From an uncultured Verrucomicrobia subdivision 3 bacterium (GTDB taxonomy: Bacteria > Verrucomicrobiota > Verrucomicrobiia > Limisphaerales > UBA11358), in the NCBI GenBank assembly GCA_903842235.1, contig CAIMLG010000278.1, forward strand, positions 1 through 63,362: a stretch of 63,362 nucleotides of DNA, in the 5' to 3' direction. The translations under genes were made by a program, and so were the position numbers. The notes under the pieces were generated by a model, which saw nothing but the letters and a program-made list of their open reading frames with translations, did not search any database and was not told the origin of the DNA. Each line of letters begins with the position of its first letter. Position 1 is the stretch's first letter. Shown in pieces: positions 1-8,753 of the stretch.

Positions 1-169
1 ACGACCGCATATGGCATATTTGCGTCAACTAAAGAAACGATTCAAAGTTGACCTGTTTTGCGGATACCAAAGCAATAGTTGCACCGCCGGATTTGAAGTT
101 GATCAGCGATGCCTCGGCTTGTTCACCGAACTGGGTATTCCATTCGGTGTTTCAATCATTATTTTCTAA
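1..169 (+). CDS. 3' end of a hypothetical protein, DUF4279-like (truncated by window edge)
   Basis: Own translation from base 2: RPHMAYLRQLKKRFKVDLFCGYQSNSCTAGFEVDQRCLGLFTELGIPFGVSIIIF*, TAA at 167-169. Lower GC than flanks. Family resemblance is from recall only. Confidence 0.5.
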   Translation, partial: RPHMAYLRQLKKRFKVDLFCGYQSNSCTAGFEVDQRCLGLFTELGIPFGVSIIIF

Positions 170-189
170 AACTCTTCAGCGCAGAAAAT

Positions 190-273
190 TTATTCCCCCT
201 CAATCGTCCCCGGCGGCTTGCTCGTAATGTCCAAGACACAACGGTTCACGCCTTTCACCTCGTTGATGATGCG
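190..273 (-). repeat. Orphan copy of the guaA 3' end (att-like direct repeat of 1020-1103)
   Basis: Encodes [27 protein letters not shown] versus guaA ...TIEWE*. 71/84 nt identical by manual alignment; only one difference changes an amino acid. Confidence 0.93.
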
Positions 274-291
274 TCCGGCGCAGGGCCAGCT

Positions 292-456
292 TCAGGCCGG
301 TTTTTCCACCACTTTGCCATCCTGCCAGACAATCAACGGCAGCTTCAGGGCGCGGTTTTGCGCCTGGACATTTTTCGCCGCGCGGCGCAGGGCGCGTTCG
401 GCCCGCAGGACAAAGGTGGGGGCCTTGGTTGATTTACGGGGGCGGTGGATTTTCAT
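292..456 (-). CDS. 54-aa basic protein, putative partner/antitoxin of the adjacent P-loop ATPase
   Basis: Below the ORF-track cutoff. MKIHRPRKSTKAPTFVLRAERALRRAAKNVQAQNRALKLPLIVWQDGKVVEKPA*. ATG overlaps the ATPase TGA (ATGA at 453-456). Confidence 0.75.
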   Translation of the reverse strand: MKIHRPRKSTKAPTFVLRAERALRRAAKNVQAQNRALKLPLIVWQDGKVVEKPA

Positions 457-1012
457 AGGCCAGTCAACTGTCGCACAGATTCAAGGTCATGGATACCAGA
501 GATGGCGAGCCGTTGTGCGGGCAGGCTGCGGCTGTCCCAGACCGCCCAGCGCGTGGTCAGCGGGAGATAATCGTCAAGCAGATGCTGCCGGCTGCGCTTG
601 AACCGGCGGCGGATGTCAGCGGCAGGGACGTGGTGGCCACCCTGCTGGACGCGCTGGCGCACCCGGGCAATTGCCTGAGCCGGACTGGAGAGCCAGAGAT
701 AATGCAATTCAACCTCATACCCGAGTTGGCGGGCCCGCTGGAACAGCCGGATGTAGGTTTGCCGCTCAGCGTGTTTTCCAGCGCAAAAGTTTCGCGGTCA
801 CTGAGGCACGCCTCAACTTGGGCGAGCAACAGCCGCGCGGCTTGCACGGCCCCGGCGCTGGGCTTGAAAGGAGAAAGTCCCCGGGCGATTTCATCGGCTT
901 TGAGAAAGCGCAGACATTTCACTTCTTTGGGCAAAAACTCGCGGGCAAAGGTGGCTTTGCCCGCGCCATTGCAGCCGGCGATGACATAAATTGTTGGAGG
1001 CCGCGCGGACAT
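453..1012 (-). pseudogene. Zeta-toxin-like/COG4185 P-loop ATPase, frameshifted
   Basis: N half (IAGCNGAGKAT, ADEIA) is in ORF 557..1012; C half (YLWL..P..AIARVRQRV..GGHHVP..DIRRRF) is in ORF 453..707. One extra A at ~758-760 joins them into ~186 aa. Walker A is degenerate (GKAT). Confidence 0.8.
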
Positions 1013-1019
1013 GGCTCAT

Positions 1020-2570
1020 TCACTCCCACTCAATGGTCCCTGGCGGCTTGCTGGTGATGTCGAGGACGCAGCGGTTCACACCTTTCACCTCATTGATGAT
1101 GCGGCTCGCCAGCTTCTCCAGCAGGTCGTAGGGCAGCTTCACCCAGTCGGCGGTCATGCCGTCCTGCGATTCCACGGCGCGGATGGCAATGGTGTATTCG
1201 TAAGTCCGTTCGTCGCCCATCACGCCCACGCTGCGCACCGGCAGCAGCACGGCAAAGCTCTGCCAGATCTTGTAATACAGCCCGCTCAACTTCATTTCCT
1301 CGACGACAATGGTGTCGGCGTTGCGCAAAATCTCGCAGCGCGCGGGCGTCACTTCGCCGAGAATGCGCACGGCGAGGCCGGGACCGGGAAACGGCTGGCG
1401 CCAGACGATGTCCTTGGGCACGCCCAGTTCCTCGCCGAGCAGCCGGACCTCGTCCTTGAACAAATTTTTCAGCGGCTCGACCAGCTTGAACTTCATTCCC
1501 TTGGGCAGGCCGCCCACGTTGTGATGGCTCTTGATGAGCGCGGCGGGATTGCCGGCAATCGGCACGGACTCGATGACGTCGGGATACAGCGTGCCCTGCG
1601 CGAGGAACTTCGCCTGGTTCGCCTTGCCCACCCGTTTCGTCGCGGCCTGAAACACGTCAATGAACGTCTTGCCGATGACTTTGCGTTTCTTTTCGGGATC
1701 GGTCACGCCCTTGAGCTTGTTTAGAAACAGCTTCGTCGCGTCCACATATTGCAGCCGGATGTTGAAGCTGCGGGCGAAAATATTCTGCACCACTTCGGCT
1801 TCGCGGGCGCGGAGCAGGCCGTTGTTCACGAAAATGCAGGTGAGCTGGTCGCCGATGGCCTGGTGCAGGAGCGCGGCCGCCACGCTGGAATCCACGCCGC
1901 CGCTCAGGCCGAGCACGACGTGTTCCGAGCCGACTTGGGCGCGGATTTCCTCGACGGCCTGCTCGATGTAATTGCGCATTGTCCAATTTTTGCCGCAGCC
2001 GCAGACGCCGTGGACGAAATTGAAAATAATTTCTTTGCCGCGCGGCGTGTGGACCACTTCGGGGTGGAATTGCAGACCGAAGAATTTCCTGGCGCGATGC
2101 TCGATGGCCGCGTATTCGGAGTTGTCCGTGGCGGCCACGGGTTTGAAGCCGTTGGGCAGCCGGGTGAGCTTGTCGCCGTGGGAATTCCACACTTGCAGCT
2201 GCTTGGGCAGCTTGGCGAACAGTTTGCAGGCACCGTCCGTGATGGTGAGCGCGCCCTTGCCGTATTCGCGTTTCTGGCCTTTCTCGACCTTGCCGCCGAG
2301 GAATTGGGCGAACAGCTGGACGCCGAAGCAGATGCCGAGGATCGGCACGCCCAGATTGAAGATGGCTTTGTCCGGCAGCGGCGCTTTGGGCGCATACACG
2401 CTGGACGGGCCGCCGGAAAGAATGATGCCGCTGGGCTTCATGGCCGCGACGGCGGCGGCGGGGGTGTTGAACGGGATGATCGTGGAATATACGTTGCCCT
2501 CGCGGACCCGCCGGGCGATGACCTGCGTGTATTGGGAACCAAAATCAAGGATGACAATTTGTTCGTTCAT
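1020..2570 (-). CDS. guaA: GMP synthase (glutamine-hydrolysing)
   Basis: [47 protein letters not shown] motifs; 516 aa. Confidence 0.98.
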   Translation of the reverse strand: MNEQIVILDFGSQYTQVIARRVREGNVYSTIIPFNTPAAAVAAMKPSGIILSGGPSSVYAPKAPLPDKAIFNLGVPILGICFGVQLFAQFLGGKVEKGQKREYGKGALTITDGACKLFAKLPKQLQVWNSHGDKLTRLPNGFKPVAATDNSEYAAIEHRARKFFGLQFHPEVVHTPRGKEIIFNFVHGVCGCGKNWTMRNYIEQAVEEIRAQVGSEHVVLGLSGGVDSSVAAALLHQAIGDQLTCIFVNNGLLRAREAEVVQNIFARSFNIRLQYVDATKLFLNKLKGVTDPEKKRKVIGKTFIDVFQAATKRVGKANQAKFLAQGTLYPDVIESVPIAGNPAALIKSHHNVGGLPKGMKFKLVEPLKNLFKDEVRLLGEELGVPKDIVWRQPFPGPGLAVRILGEVTPARCEILRNADTIVVEEMKLSGLYYKIWQSFAVLLPVRSVGVMGDERTYEYTIAIRAVESQDGMTADWVKLPYDLLEKLASRIINEVKGVNRCVLDITSKPPGTIEWE

Positions 2571-2665
2571 GGTCTGACACCAAAGGCGAATTCTCGGGTG
2601 CGGCGGGAATGATTGCGAGCGAAAAATGTTTTTACCGGGGCCGGATTCGGCTAAAAAACAGCCGC

Positions 2666-4324
2666 ATGTTGAACCGTATCCGACTCTGGCTGACGACGCA
2701 TCCGCACGGGCTGCTGGTTTTGCTCACGCTGGCCTTGCTCGGGCCGTTTCTGGCCAAACCCTTCAACATTGACGATCCGTTGTTCATTTGGGCCGCCCAA
2801 CAAATTCAAGCCCACCCCGGCGATCCGTATGGTTTCGCCGTGAACTGGTATGGCCAGGTCCAGCCCATGTGGGCGGTCGCCCAAAATCCGCCGTTGGCCA
2901 GTTATTATCTGGCGGGCGCGGCGGGGGTGCTGGGGTGGAGTGAGTTCGGATTGCATTTGGCCTTCCTGCTGCCGGCCCTCGCCGTGATTTTGGGCACCTA
3001 CCGGCTGGCGGGGCGTTTTTGCCGCCGCCCCCTGCTGGCAGCGCTGGCAACCTTGTTCACGCCCGTCTTTCTGGTTTCCGCCACGACGGTCATGTGCGAT
3101 GTCCCGCTGCTGGCCTTCTGGGTGTGGGCGCTGGTTTTTTGGGTGGAAGGGCTTGCGCGTTCGGAGCCGGGCAAGCTGGCCGCGGCGGGCCTATTGCTCG
3201 GGCTGGCCGCCCTGACAAAATATTCCGGGCTGTGCTTGCTGCCGCTGCTGGGTGCCTATGCCTTGATCGAGCAACGCCGGCCCGGTTGGTGGGTGGCCAG
3301 CCTGTGCCTTCCCCTGGGTATGCTGGCGGCGTATCAGCTCCTCACGCAACGGCTCTACGGCCATGGCCTGTTGTCCGCCGCCATGAGTTATGCCGGCGAT
3401 ACCCGGAATCTTCTGGGGGTGGGCAAAATCACTGCCGCGCAAACCACCCTGGTGTTCATGGGGGGCTGTCTGGCCAGCGTGGCTGTTTTTGCGCCGTGGT
3501 TCTGGCGCTCGGCCCGGCTGATTATGATCGCCTTCGGGCTGTTTGCGGCGGGGGCGCTGGCGGGAAAATATTGGCTGGCCCGGCCCGGTCCGTGGGCGCT
3601 GGTGGAATTTCAAATGCTCTTTTGGACGCTGGGGGGAATTGGCGTGCTGGCCCTGGTCGTCACGGATGGGCTGCGGGCGCGCGATGGCCAATCGGCGCTG
3701 CTGGGGTTGTGGATCTTGGGCACGGCGATGTTTGCGGTGTTTTTCAATTGGACGGTCAATGGCCGCGTGCTCTTGCCGATGGCGCCCGCGGTGGGAATTT
3801 TGCTGGCCCGCTTCGTGGATTGGAAGCTGGCGGCCGGCCGGAAAATGTTCCCGCCCGCCGTAATCGCCGGTCTCGCCGTCAGTGCCACCTTTGCCTGGCT
3901 GGTGGCCCGGGCGGATTATCGGCTGGCCACGGCCGTCCGCGAGAGCGCCCGGCAGGTGGGTGCCTTTCCGGCCGGATCAAAGGCCGGAAAAATTTGGTTC
4001 CAAGGCCACTGGGGCTTTCAATATTACCTGGAAAAATCCGGCGCGGTGGCGGTGAACTCCGGCCCCGCCGCCGGGGCGCCCGGAGATTGGCTGGCTTTGC
4101 CCGCCAACAACGTCAATGTGCTGCCGCCGGACCCCCAATGGCGCCGCCTCCAAAACATCCGCTGCGCCGGGCCGCGCTGGTTGACCACCCTGAATGCGCA
4201 AACCGGCGCCGGGTTTTTCTTCGCGACGCTCCAAGGCCCTTTGCCTTTTGCTTTGGGTGATGTCCCCCCGGAAACGGTGACAATTTATGGCCTCCCAGCC
4301 GTCCGCCCGCCGGCCAAGCCCTGA
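2666..4324 (+). CDS. ArnT/PMT-like (GT39/GT83) membrane glycosyltransferase
   Basis: Multi-TM; N-terminal IDDPLF, NPPL..YY, LTKY motifs. Start placed at MLNR (the ORF opens at 2609). Confidence 0.75.
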   Translation: MLNRIRLWLTTHPHGLLVLLTLALLGPFLAKPFNIDDPLFIWAAQQIQAHPGDPYGFAVNWYGQVQPMWAVAQNPPLASYYLAGAAGVLGWSEFGLHLAFLLPALAVILGTYRLAGRFCRRPLLAALATLFTPVFLVSATTVMCDVPLLAFWVWALVFWVEGLARSEPGKLAAAGLLLGLAALTKYSGLCLLPLLGAYALIEQRRPGWWVASLCLPLGMLAAYQLLTQRLYGHGLLSAAMSYAGDTRNLLGVGKITAAQTTLVFMGGCLASVAVFAPWFWRSARLIMIAFGLFAAGALAGKYWLARPGPWALVEFQMLFWTLGGIGVLALVVTDGLRARDGQSALLGLWILGTAMFAVFFNWTVNGRVLLPMAPAVGILLARFVDWKLAAGRKMFPPAVIAGLAVSATFAWLVARADYRLATAVRESARQVGAFPAGSKAGKIWFQGHWGFQYYLEKSGAVAVNSGPAAGAPGDWLALPANNVNVLPPDPQWRRLQNIRCAGPRWLTTLNAQTGAGFFFATLQGPLPFALGDVPPETVTIYGLPAVRPPAKP

Positions 4325-4368
4325 AACGCTCAATGGGAATCGCTGATCGGGCGGCTTGATCGGGTGGC

Positions 4369-4710
4369 TTATTGTTTGACCATCTTGGCCGTTCCCGCCG
4401 TGGCGTCATACACGATCTTGGATCCAAACGGGGCCTCGGGGATTTTGCCGATGTAATTTGGCACCAGCTCCTGAAGGTCTTTCGGCAGGCGGCCCTCGCT
4501 CACTTGAAACATCTGGATGGCCTGGTTGATGTAGGAGACGTCGATGACCTTTTCCGAATATTTCTTCGCTTGCACCACCGCGCCCAGATACTGCCCCGGC
4601 GTGGTGACGACGTTGGAAACCGTGTTGGCGGCGGTGCCGGGTTTGGAGCTGTCGCCGCAGCCGGAAAGGAACGCCGTGGCGGTGGCCAGAATCAGTAGGG
4701 GGATCTTCAT
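4369..4710 (-). CDS. Hypothetical lipoprotein
   Basis: Lipobox LSGC after hydrophobic stretch; C-terminal GRLPKDLQELVPNYI resembles a pilin/GspG-like segment. Confidence 0.7.
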   Translation of the reverse strand: MKIPLLILATATAFLSGCGDSSKPGTAANTVSNVVTTPGQYLGAVVQAKKYSEKVIDVSYINQAIQMFQVSEGRLPKDLQELVPNYIGKIPEAPFGSKIVYDATAGTAKMVKQ

Positions 4711-4770
4711 GGCTTCAACTTACGCCGATTGCCGGAAAATGAAAACGGAAATTTCCCCGGCGGGGCGGGC

Positions 4771-6828
4771 TTAGCCGCCGCGGGCAACCAGCTCCCGCGC
4801 CTGCCGGATCAGGTTCAAATCCTCCGCCAGATTGCCGAAACGCAGGTTCGGCAGGCCGCTCTGCTGCTGCCCCAGCAGTTCGCCCGGCCCCCGCAGCTTC
4901 AGGTCGGCTTCGGCGATTTTGAAGCCGTCATTGGTCTCCGCCAGTATCTTCAGCCGCGACTGGGCGTCTTCATGCGGTGCGTCGGAAATCAGGATGCAAA
5001 AGCTCTTGTGCGCGCCGCGCCCGATGCGCCCGCGCAGCTGGTGCAACTGCGCCAGCCCGAAATGCTCCGCGTTCTCAATGAGCATCACCGTGGCGTTCGG
5101 CACGTCCACGCCGACTTCGATCAGCGACGTGGCCACCAGCGCCTTAATTTTATTCGCGCGAAATTCTGCCATCGTCTTTTCCTTGTCCGCCGGCTTGATC
5201 CGCCCGTGCAGCAGGCCGACCTTGCAGCCGGTGAGCGCGCGTTGCACATTTTCAAATTCCTTCGTCACCGCCTTGATGTCTTTGTCCGCCACCTCGACGC
5301 GCGGATAAACAATGTAAGCCTGCCGTCCGCCGGCAATTTTCTCGCGGATAAACTCAAACACCTTCGGCAGCTTCTCCGTCGTTCGCACAAAGGTTTTGAT
5401 CGCGCCGCGCCCGCCGGGCATTTCGTCAATCACCGACACGTCGAGATCGCCGTAAAGCGTCAGCCCGAGCGTGCGCGGGATCGGCGTGGCCGTCATCACC
5501 AGCAGATGCGGGTAATGGCCCTTGCGCACCAGCGTCTCGCGCTGCGCCACGCCGAACTTGTGCTGCTCGTCAATGATCACCAGCCCCAGCTTCGGCAGTT
5601 CCAAGCCCGCCGTGAACAGCGCGTGCGTGCCGATGAACAAGGTTGAAGGTTCGCGTTGCGCCGCGCTTTGGACTTTGGACTTTGGACTTTGGACTTCCTG
5701 CGTCTTCCGGCTACCCGTTTGCAATTCCACCTTCACGCCCAGCGGCTCCAACCAATTGGTGAAATTTCGATAATGCTGCTCCGCCAGAATTTCCGTCGGC
5801 GCCATCAGTGCCCCGTTGAACCCGCTCTCCAGCGCCATCAATGCGCTGCATGCCGCCACCGCCGTCTTGCCCGAGCCGACGTCCCCTTGCAGCAAGCGCC
5901 GCATCGGATGCGCCCCGCCCATATCGGCCCGGATTTCCTTCAGCACGTTGGCCTGCGCGGCGGTGAGCTTGAAGCCGAGCGCGGCCAGAAACGGCTTCAT
6001 CAGCCGGTTGTCGCCGCCGCACGGCAAGCCCTTCGCGCTCGCCTCAAACTTTTTCCGGCGCGCCTGGATTTGAAATTGCAGCGCCACAAATTCATCCAGC
6101 GCCAGCCGCTGCCGCGCGATTTCCGCATCCAGCAACTCCTCCGGAAAATGGATCAGGCGCACCGCATTGGCCCGCGACGGCAAATTCAGGTAGGGCGCGC
6201 AGTCCTCTGCGCGCCGCGCTGTCGCCGCCGTCGGCGCACACGAAGTGTCGCGCCCTACCTGCGGTTCCGCGATTTCCTTTTCAAACTTCTCCAGCGCCCG
6301 CCAGACCAGCGAGCGCAGCACGCGCGCCGTCAGCCCTTCCGTGAGCGGATGCACCGGCACGATGCGATTGACGTGGATGAATTCGTCGTCGCCCGGCTCC
6401 ACCAGTTCCGTTTCGGGATGCGTGAAGGTGCGCGGCTTCTTGTCATCGTCCAGCTTGCCGTAAATCAAAAATTCGCGGCCCACCGCATACCAGTCCGGCA
6501 TCCACGGCTGCGCCTGCCACCAGCGGCCATGCAGCCGCGCCGTGCCGTCGTCGAACACGCACTCGAACATCGTCCGCGTGCCTTTCTTGAAGTGCTTGGT
6601 GCCGGCGGCGATGATTTGCCCGCGTACGGTGGCGGCTTCCTTCAACTGCAAATCGCGGATCGGCAGAAATTTTCGGCGATCCTCATAGCGGCGCGGCTTG
6701 TGGAGCAGCAAATCTTCGATGGTGAAAATGTCCAGGCGCGCCAGCAGCCGGGCGCGCTCCTCGCCCACGCCCCAGACCGAGCTGACGGGCGCAGCGAGCG
6801 GGGAAACGTGATTTTCCGGCGCGGACAT
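4771..6828 (-). CDS. recG: ATP-dependent DNA helicase RecG
   Basis: QGDVGSGKT, DEQH, MTATPIPRTL, QLHQLRGRIGRG, DLKLRGPGE; start at MSAPENH. Confidence 0.96.
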   Translation of the reverse strand: MSAPENHVSPLAAPVSSVWGVGEERARLLARLDIFTIEDLLLHKPRRYEDRRKFLPIRDLQLKEAATVRGQIIAAGTKHFKKGTRTMFECVFDDGTARLHGRWWQAQPWMPDWYAVGREFLIYGKLDDDKKPRTFTHPETELVEPGDDEFIHVNRIVPVHPLTEGLTARVLRSLVWRALEKFEKEIAEPQVGRDTSCAPTAATARRAEDCAPYLNLPSRANAVRLIHFPEELLDAEIARQRLALDEFVALQFQIQARRKKFEASAKGLPCGGDNRLMKPFLAALGFKLTAAQANVLKEIRADMGGAHPMRRLLQGDVGSGKTAVAACSALMALESGFNGALMAPTEILAEQHYRNFTNWLEPLGVKVELQTGSRKTQEVQSPKSKVQSAAQREPSTLFIGTHALFTAGLELPKLGLVIIDEQHKFGVAQRETLVRKGHYPHLLVMTATPIPRTLGLTLYGDLDVSVIDEMPGGRGAIKTFVRTTEKLPKVFEFIREKIAGGRQAYIVYPRVEVADKDIKAVTKEFENVQRALTGCKVGLLHGRIKPADKEKTMAEFRANKIKALVATSLIEVGVDVPNATVMLIENAEHFGLAQLHQLRGRIGRGAHKSFCILISDAPHEDAQSRLKILAETNDGFKIAEADLKLRGPGELLGQQQSGLPNLRFGNLAEDLNLIRQARELVARGG
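5666..5696. repeat. Heptamer tandem repeat (CTTTGGA)x4 inside recG
   Basis: Read directly; translated as EVQSPKSKVQS. Confidence 0.9.
6187..6261. repeat. REP-doublet (REPIN-like) element in frame within recG
   Basis: 13-bp perfect terminal inverted repeat CAGGTAGGGCGCG/CGCGCCCTACCTG, two internal hairpins, 75 bp = 25 codons. Confidence 0.88.
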
Positions 6829-6909
6829 GGCCCGACGATACAAACCGGTGGAGGCGCCTTCAATGGGAAACAGACTGGCCAAGGGAAAAGCGGCATGGCT
6901 GGCGCGGAG

Positions 6910-7025
6910 CGTTTGGACTGCGTGTGCTTCAGCCCCGCTATATTCCCCGGTGCTGCGAGGGTTGCCGTGAGTGTGGTTGCGTCCCGCGATGTGAAAGCGG
7001 CGATGAATCGCACGCAGTCCAAACG
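6910..7025. repeat. Intergenic REP-like doublet
   Basis: 15-bp perfect inverted repeat CGTTTGGACTGCGTG (6910-6924) / CACGCAGTCCAAACG (7011-7025). Confidence 0.8.
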
Positions 7026-7120
7026 GTGGCGCGTGGTTCGTGCGCCAAGACGCGTCCGCTGATTGGTGATTTGTGAGCGGAGATGCCACTCGCTTCAAAA
7101 ATGATAATTCGTCAAAAAAA

Positions 7121-7175
7121 TTGAAAAACTCAATTGACGAATTGAATAAATCAATATAAAACGTGAGTAAATCAA
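7121..7175 (+). promoter_or_regulatory. Triple operator TTGA-N5-TCAA with 21-bp period, overlapping a probable promoter
   Basis: TTGAaaaacTCAA 7121-7133, TTGAataaaTCAA 7142-7154, GTGAgtaaaTCAA 7163-7175; TTGACG at 7134; AT-rich patch. Confidence 0.75.
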
Positions 7176-7555
7176 TGACCAAGCCCGGAACCAACGCCAA
7201 AAAGCTGATTACGCGCTGCCCGTTTTGCGGCGATCAATTGGGCATTACCCGGCTTTCCTGCTGCGGCTGCAACACGCAGATTGATTCCCAACTGGAGATT
7301 CCGCTGTTCTTCCGCCTGCCGCCGGATTTGCAGGAGTTCGTCATGGTGTTTCTGCGTTGTCAGGGAAAAATCCGCGACGTGGAAAAGGAACTGGGCATTT
7401 CCTACCCGACGGTTTGCAAGCGGCTCGACCTCGTGAACGAACTGCTCGGCAACACCAGCACGCCGGTGCGGCGCTCGCAAATTTTGGAACAGCTCGAACG
7501 CGGTGAAATCAATGTCTCAGAAGCCACTCAACTATTGAAAGAAAGATCATTATGA
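7175..7555 (+). CDS. DUF2089-family Zn-ribbon/HTH protein with C-terminal SHOCT-like motif
   Basis: CPFCG..LSCCGC; VEKELGISYPTV..RLD; ILEQLERGEINVSEATQLL. Confidence 0.85.
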   Translation: MTKPGTNAKKLITRCPFCGDQLGITRLSCCGCNTQIDSQLEIPLFFRLPPDLQEFVMVFLRCQGKIRDVEKELGISYPTVCKRLDLVNELLGNTSTPVRRSQILEQLERGEINVSEATQLLKERSL

Positions 7556-8658
7556 ACGTCATGTTTGCTCCAATCGTCCCGCTACTCGGCATAGTTGCTG
7601 TAGTGGCGTGGATTTTCTACCGCCGCTATACCGGCCTGACTCGTTGGCAATCAGCCCTGTTGAGCATGTTGGCCGCCGGACTCGGTATCGCATTGGCGGC
7701 CTATGCGGACAATATATTTCAACGCGGCTCTGAATGGAGTAATCGTCGTGATGCCGACGAGCCAGTTTTGATTTGCTTCTCTGTGTTGCTGCCGCTGCTG
7801 GCGGTTCCTTTTGTTGTCCGGCTTTATCGCAAGTGGATTGGCGGCCATTTGACCGACGCGGAAAAACTGCCCGGCGCGGCAGGCGTGCGGGCGTGGCTCG
7901 GCGTGGGCAATATCATCTGCGCGAGCCTGATTCCCATTTGCGTCTGGCAGGTTTTTGGCTATTCACCCATTGGCTTTTGGGCGCTCACTTTTGGATTATT
8001 GCTCGCTTATCCGTTGCTCAACATGGCTTTGCAATCGGCCCAGCCCGCGCCGGTGGCTCCGACCGAAGATTTGTCCAACGAGCGGGAAAAGGTTTTGCAA
8101 CTGCTCGAAGCCGGGAAAATCAGTGCCGCCGACAGCGCGGAGCTTTTGAACGCGCTCGCCCACAGCACGCCGACGCCGACGCCCAAGCCCGCCGCTGAAA
8201 TCAATCCGCCGCGCAAGCTGATTCTGATCGGAGCCGCCATCCTGCTGATCGGGTTTTTCCTGCCGTGGTTTGCCATCAATCCCAACGCTGAAGCCAACGC
8301 TGAGTTCGCCCATTTTCAGCAAAATATGAAGCAGATGATGCCGGGGAATGCCATGCCACAAATGAACCTTTCCCTGCCGAATACCACCGTGCAAATCCAT
8401 GCCGGTGATTTGGCCCACGGTTTGGGCTGGTGGATTCTAGCACTGGGGATCAGTGCCGCCGTGCTGCCATTCTTTGCGACCACGCTGGAATCGTCCCTGC
8501 AGAAAAAAATTATTCTGGCGGCGCTGGGCATCGGCGCAATTCTCCTGATCTATCTTTTGTCCGACGCCATCCGGTATGTCAGTTTCGGCATCATTTTGGC
8601 CCTGGCCGGCTACGCGCTGGAATTTGTGGGCACGTTCAAGGAACGGCCGACGCGGTAA
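7552..8658 (+). CDS. Multi-pass membrane protein with internal SHOCT-like motif
   Basis: ATGA overlap with upstream gene; many TM helices; EREKVLQLLEAGKISAADSAELLNAL. Confidence 0.8.
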   Translation: MNVMFAPIVPLLGIVAVVAWIFYRRYTGLTRWQSALLSMLAAGLGIALAAYADNIFQRGSEWSNRRDADEPVLICFSVLLPLLAVPFVVRLYRKWIGGHLTDAEKLPGAAGVRAWLGVGNIICASLIPICVWQVFGYSPIGFWALTFGLLLAYPLLNMALQSAQPAPVAPTEDLSNEREKVLQLLEAGKISAADSAELLNALAHSTPTPTPKPAAEINPPRKLILIGAAILLIGFFLPWFAINPNAEANAEFAHFQQNMKQMMPGNAMPQMNLSLPNTTVQIHAGDLAHGLGWWILALGISAAVLPFFATTLESSLQKKIILAALGIGAILLIYLLSDAIRYVSFGIILALAGYALEFVGTFKERPTR

Positions 8659-8753
8659 TTGGCGTTCGGATGACTGGCGGAGAAAGCGAAGAAGATGCTG
8701 CTTCGCCGCCGGGGTCACCTGTCTGAAACCGTGGGAAAGGATGCGGAAGTCAC

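Noticed and set aside
6829-7200. N-terminal extension of recG in the ORF track
   Set aside because: Runs through a REP doublet and the AT-rich operator region and overlaps the DUF2089 gene; RecG-like sequence starts near 6828
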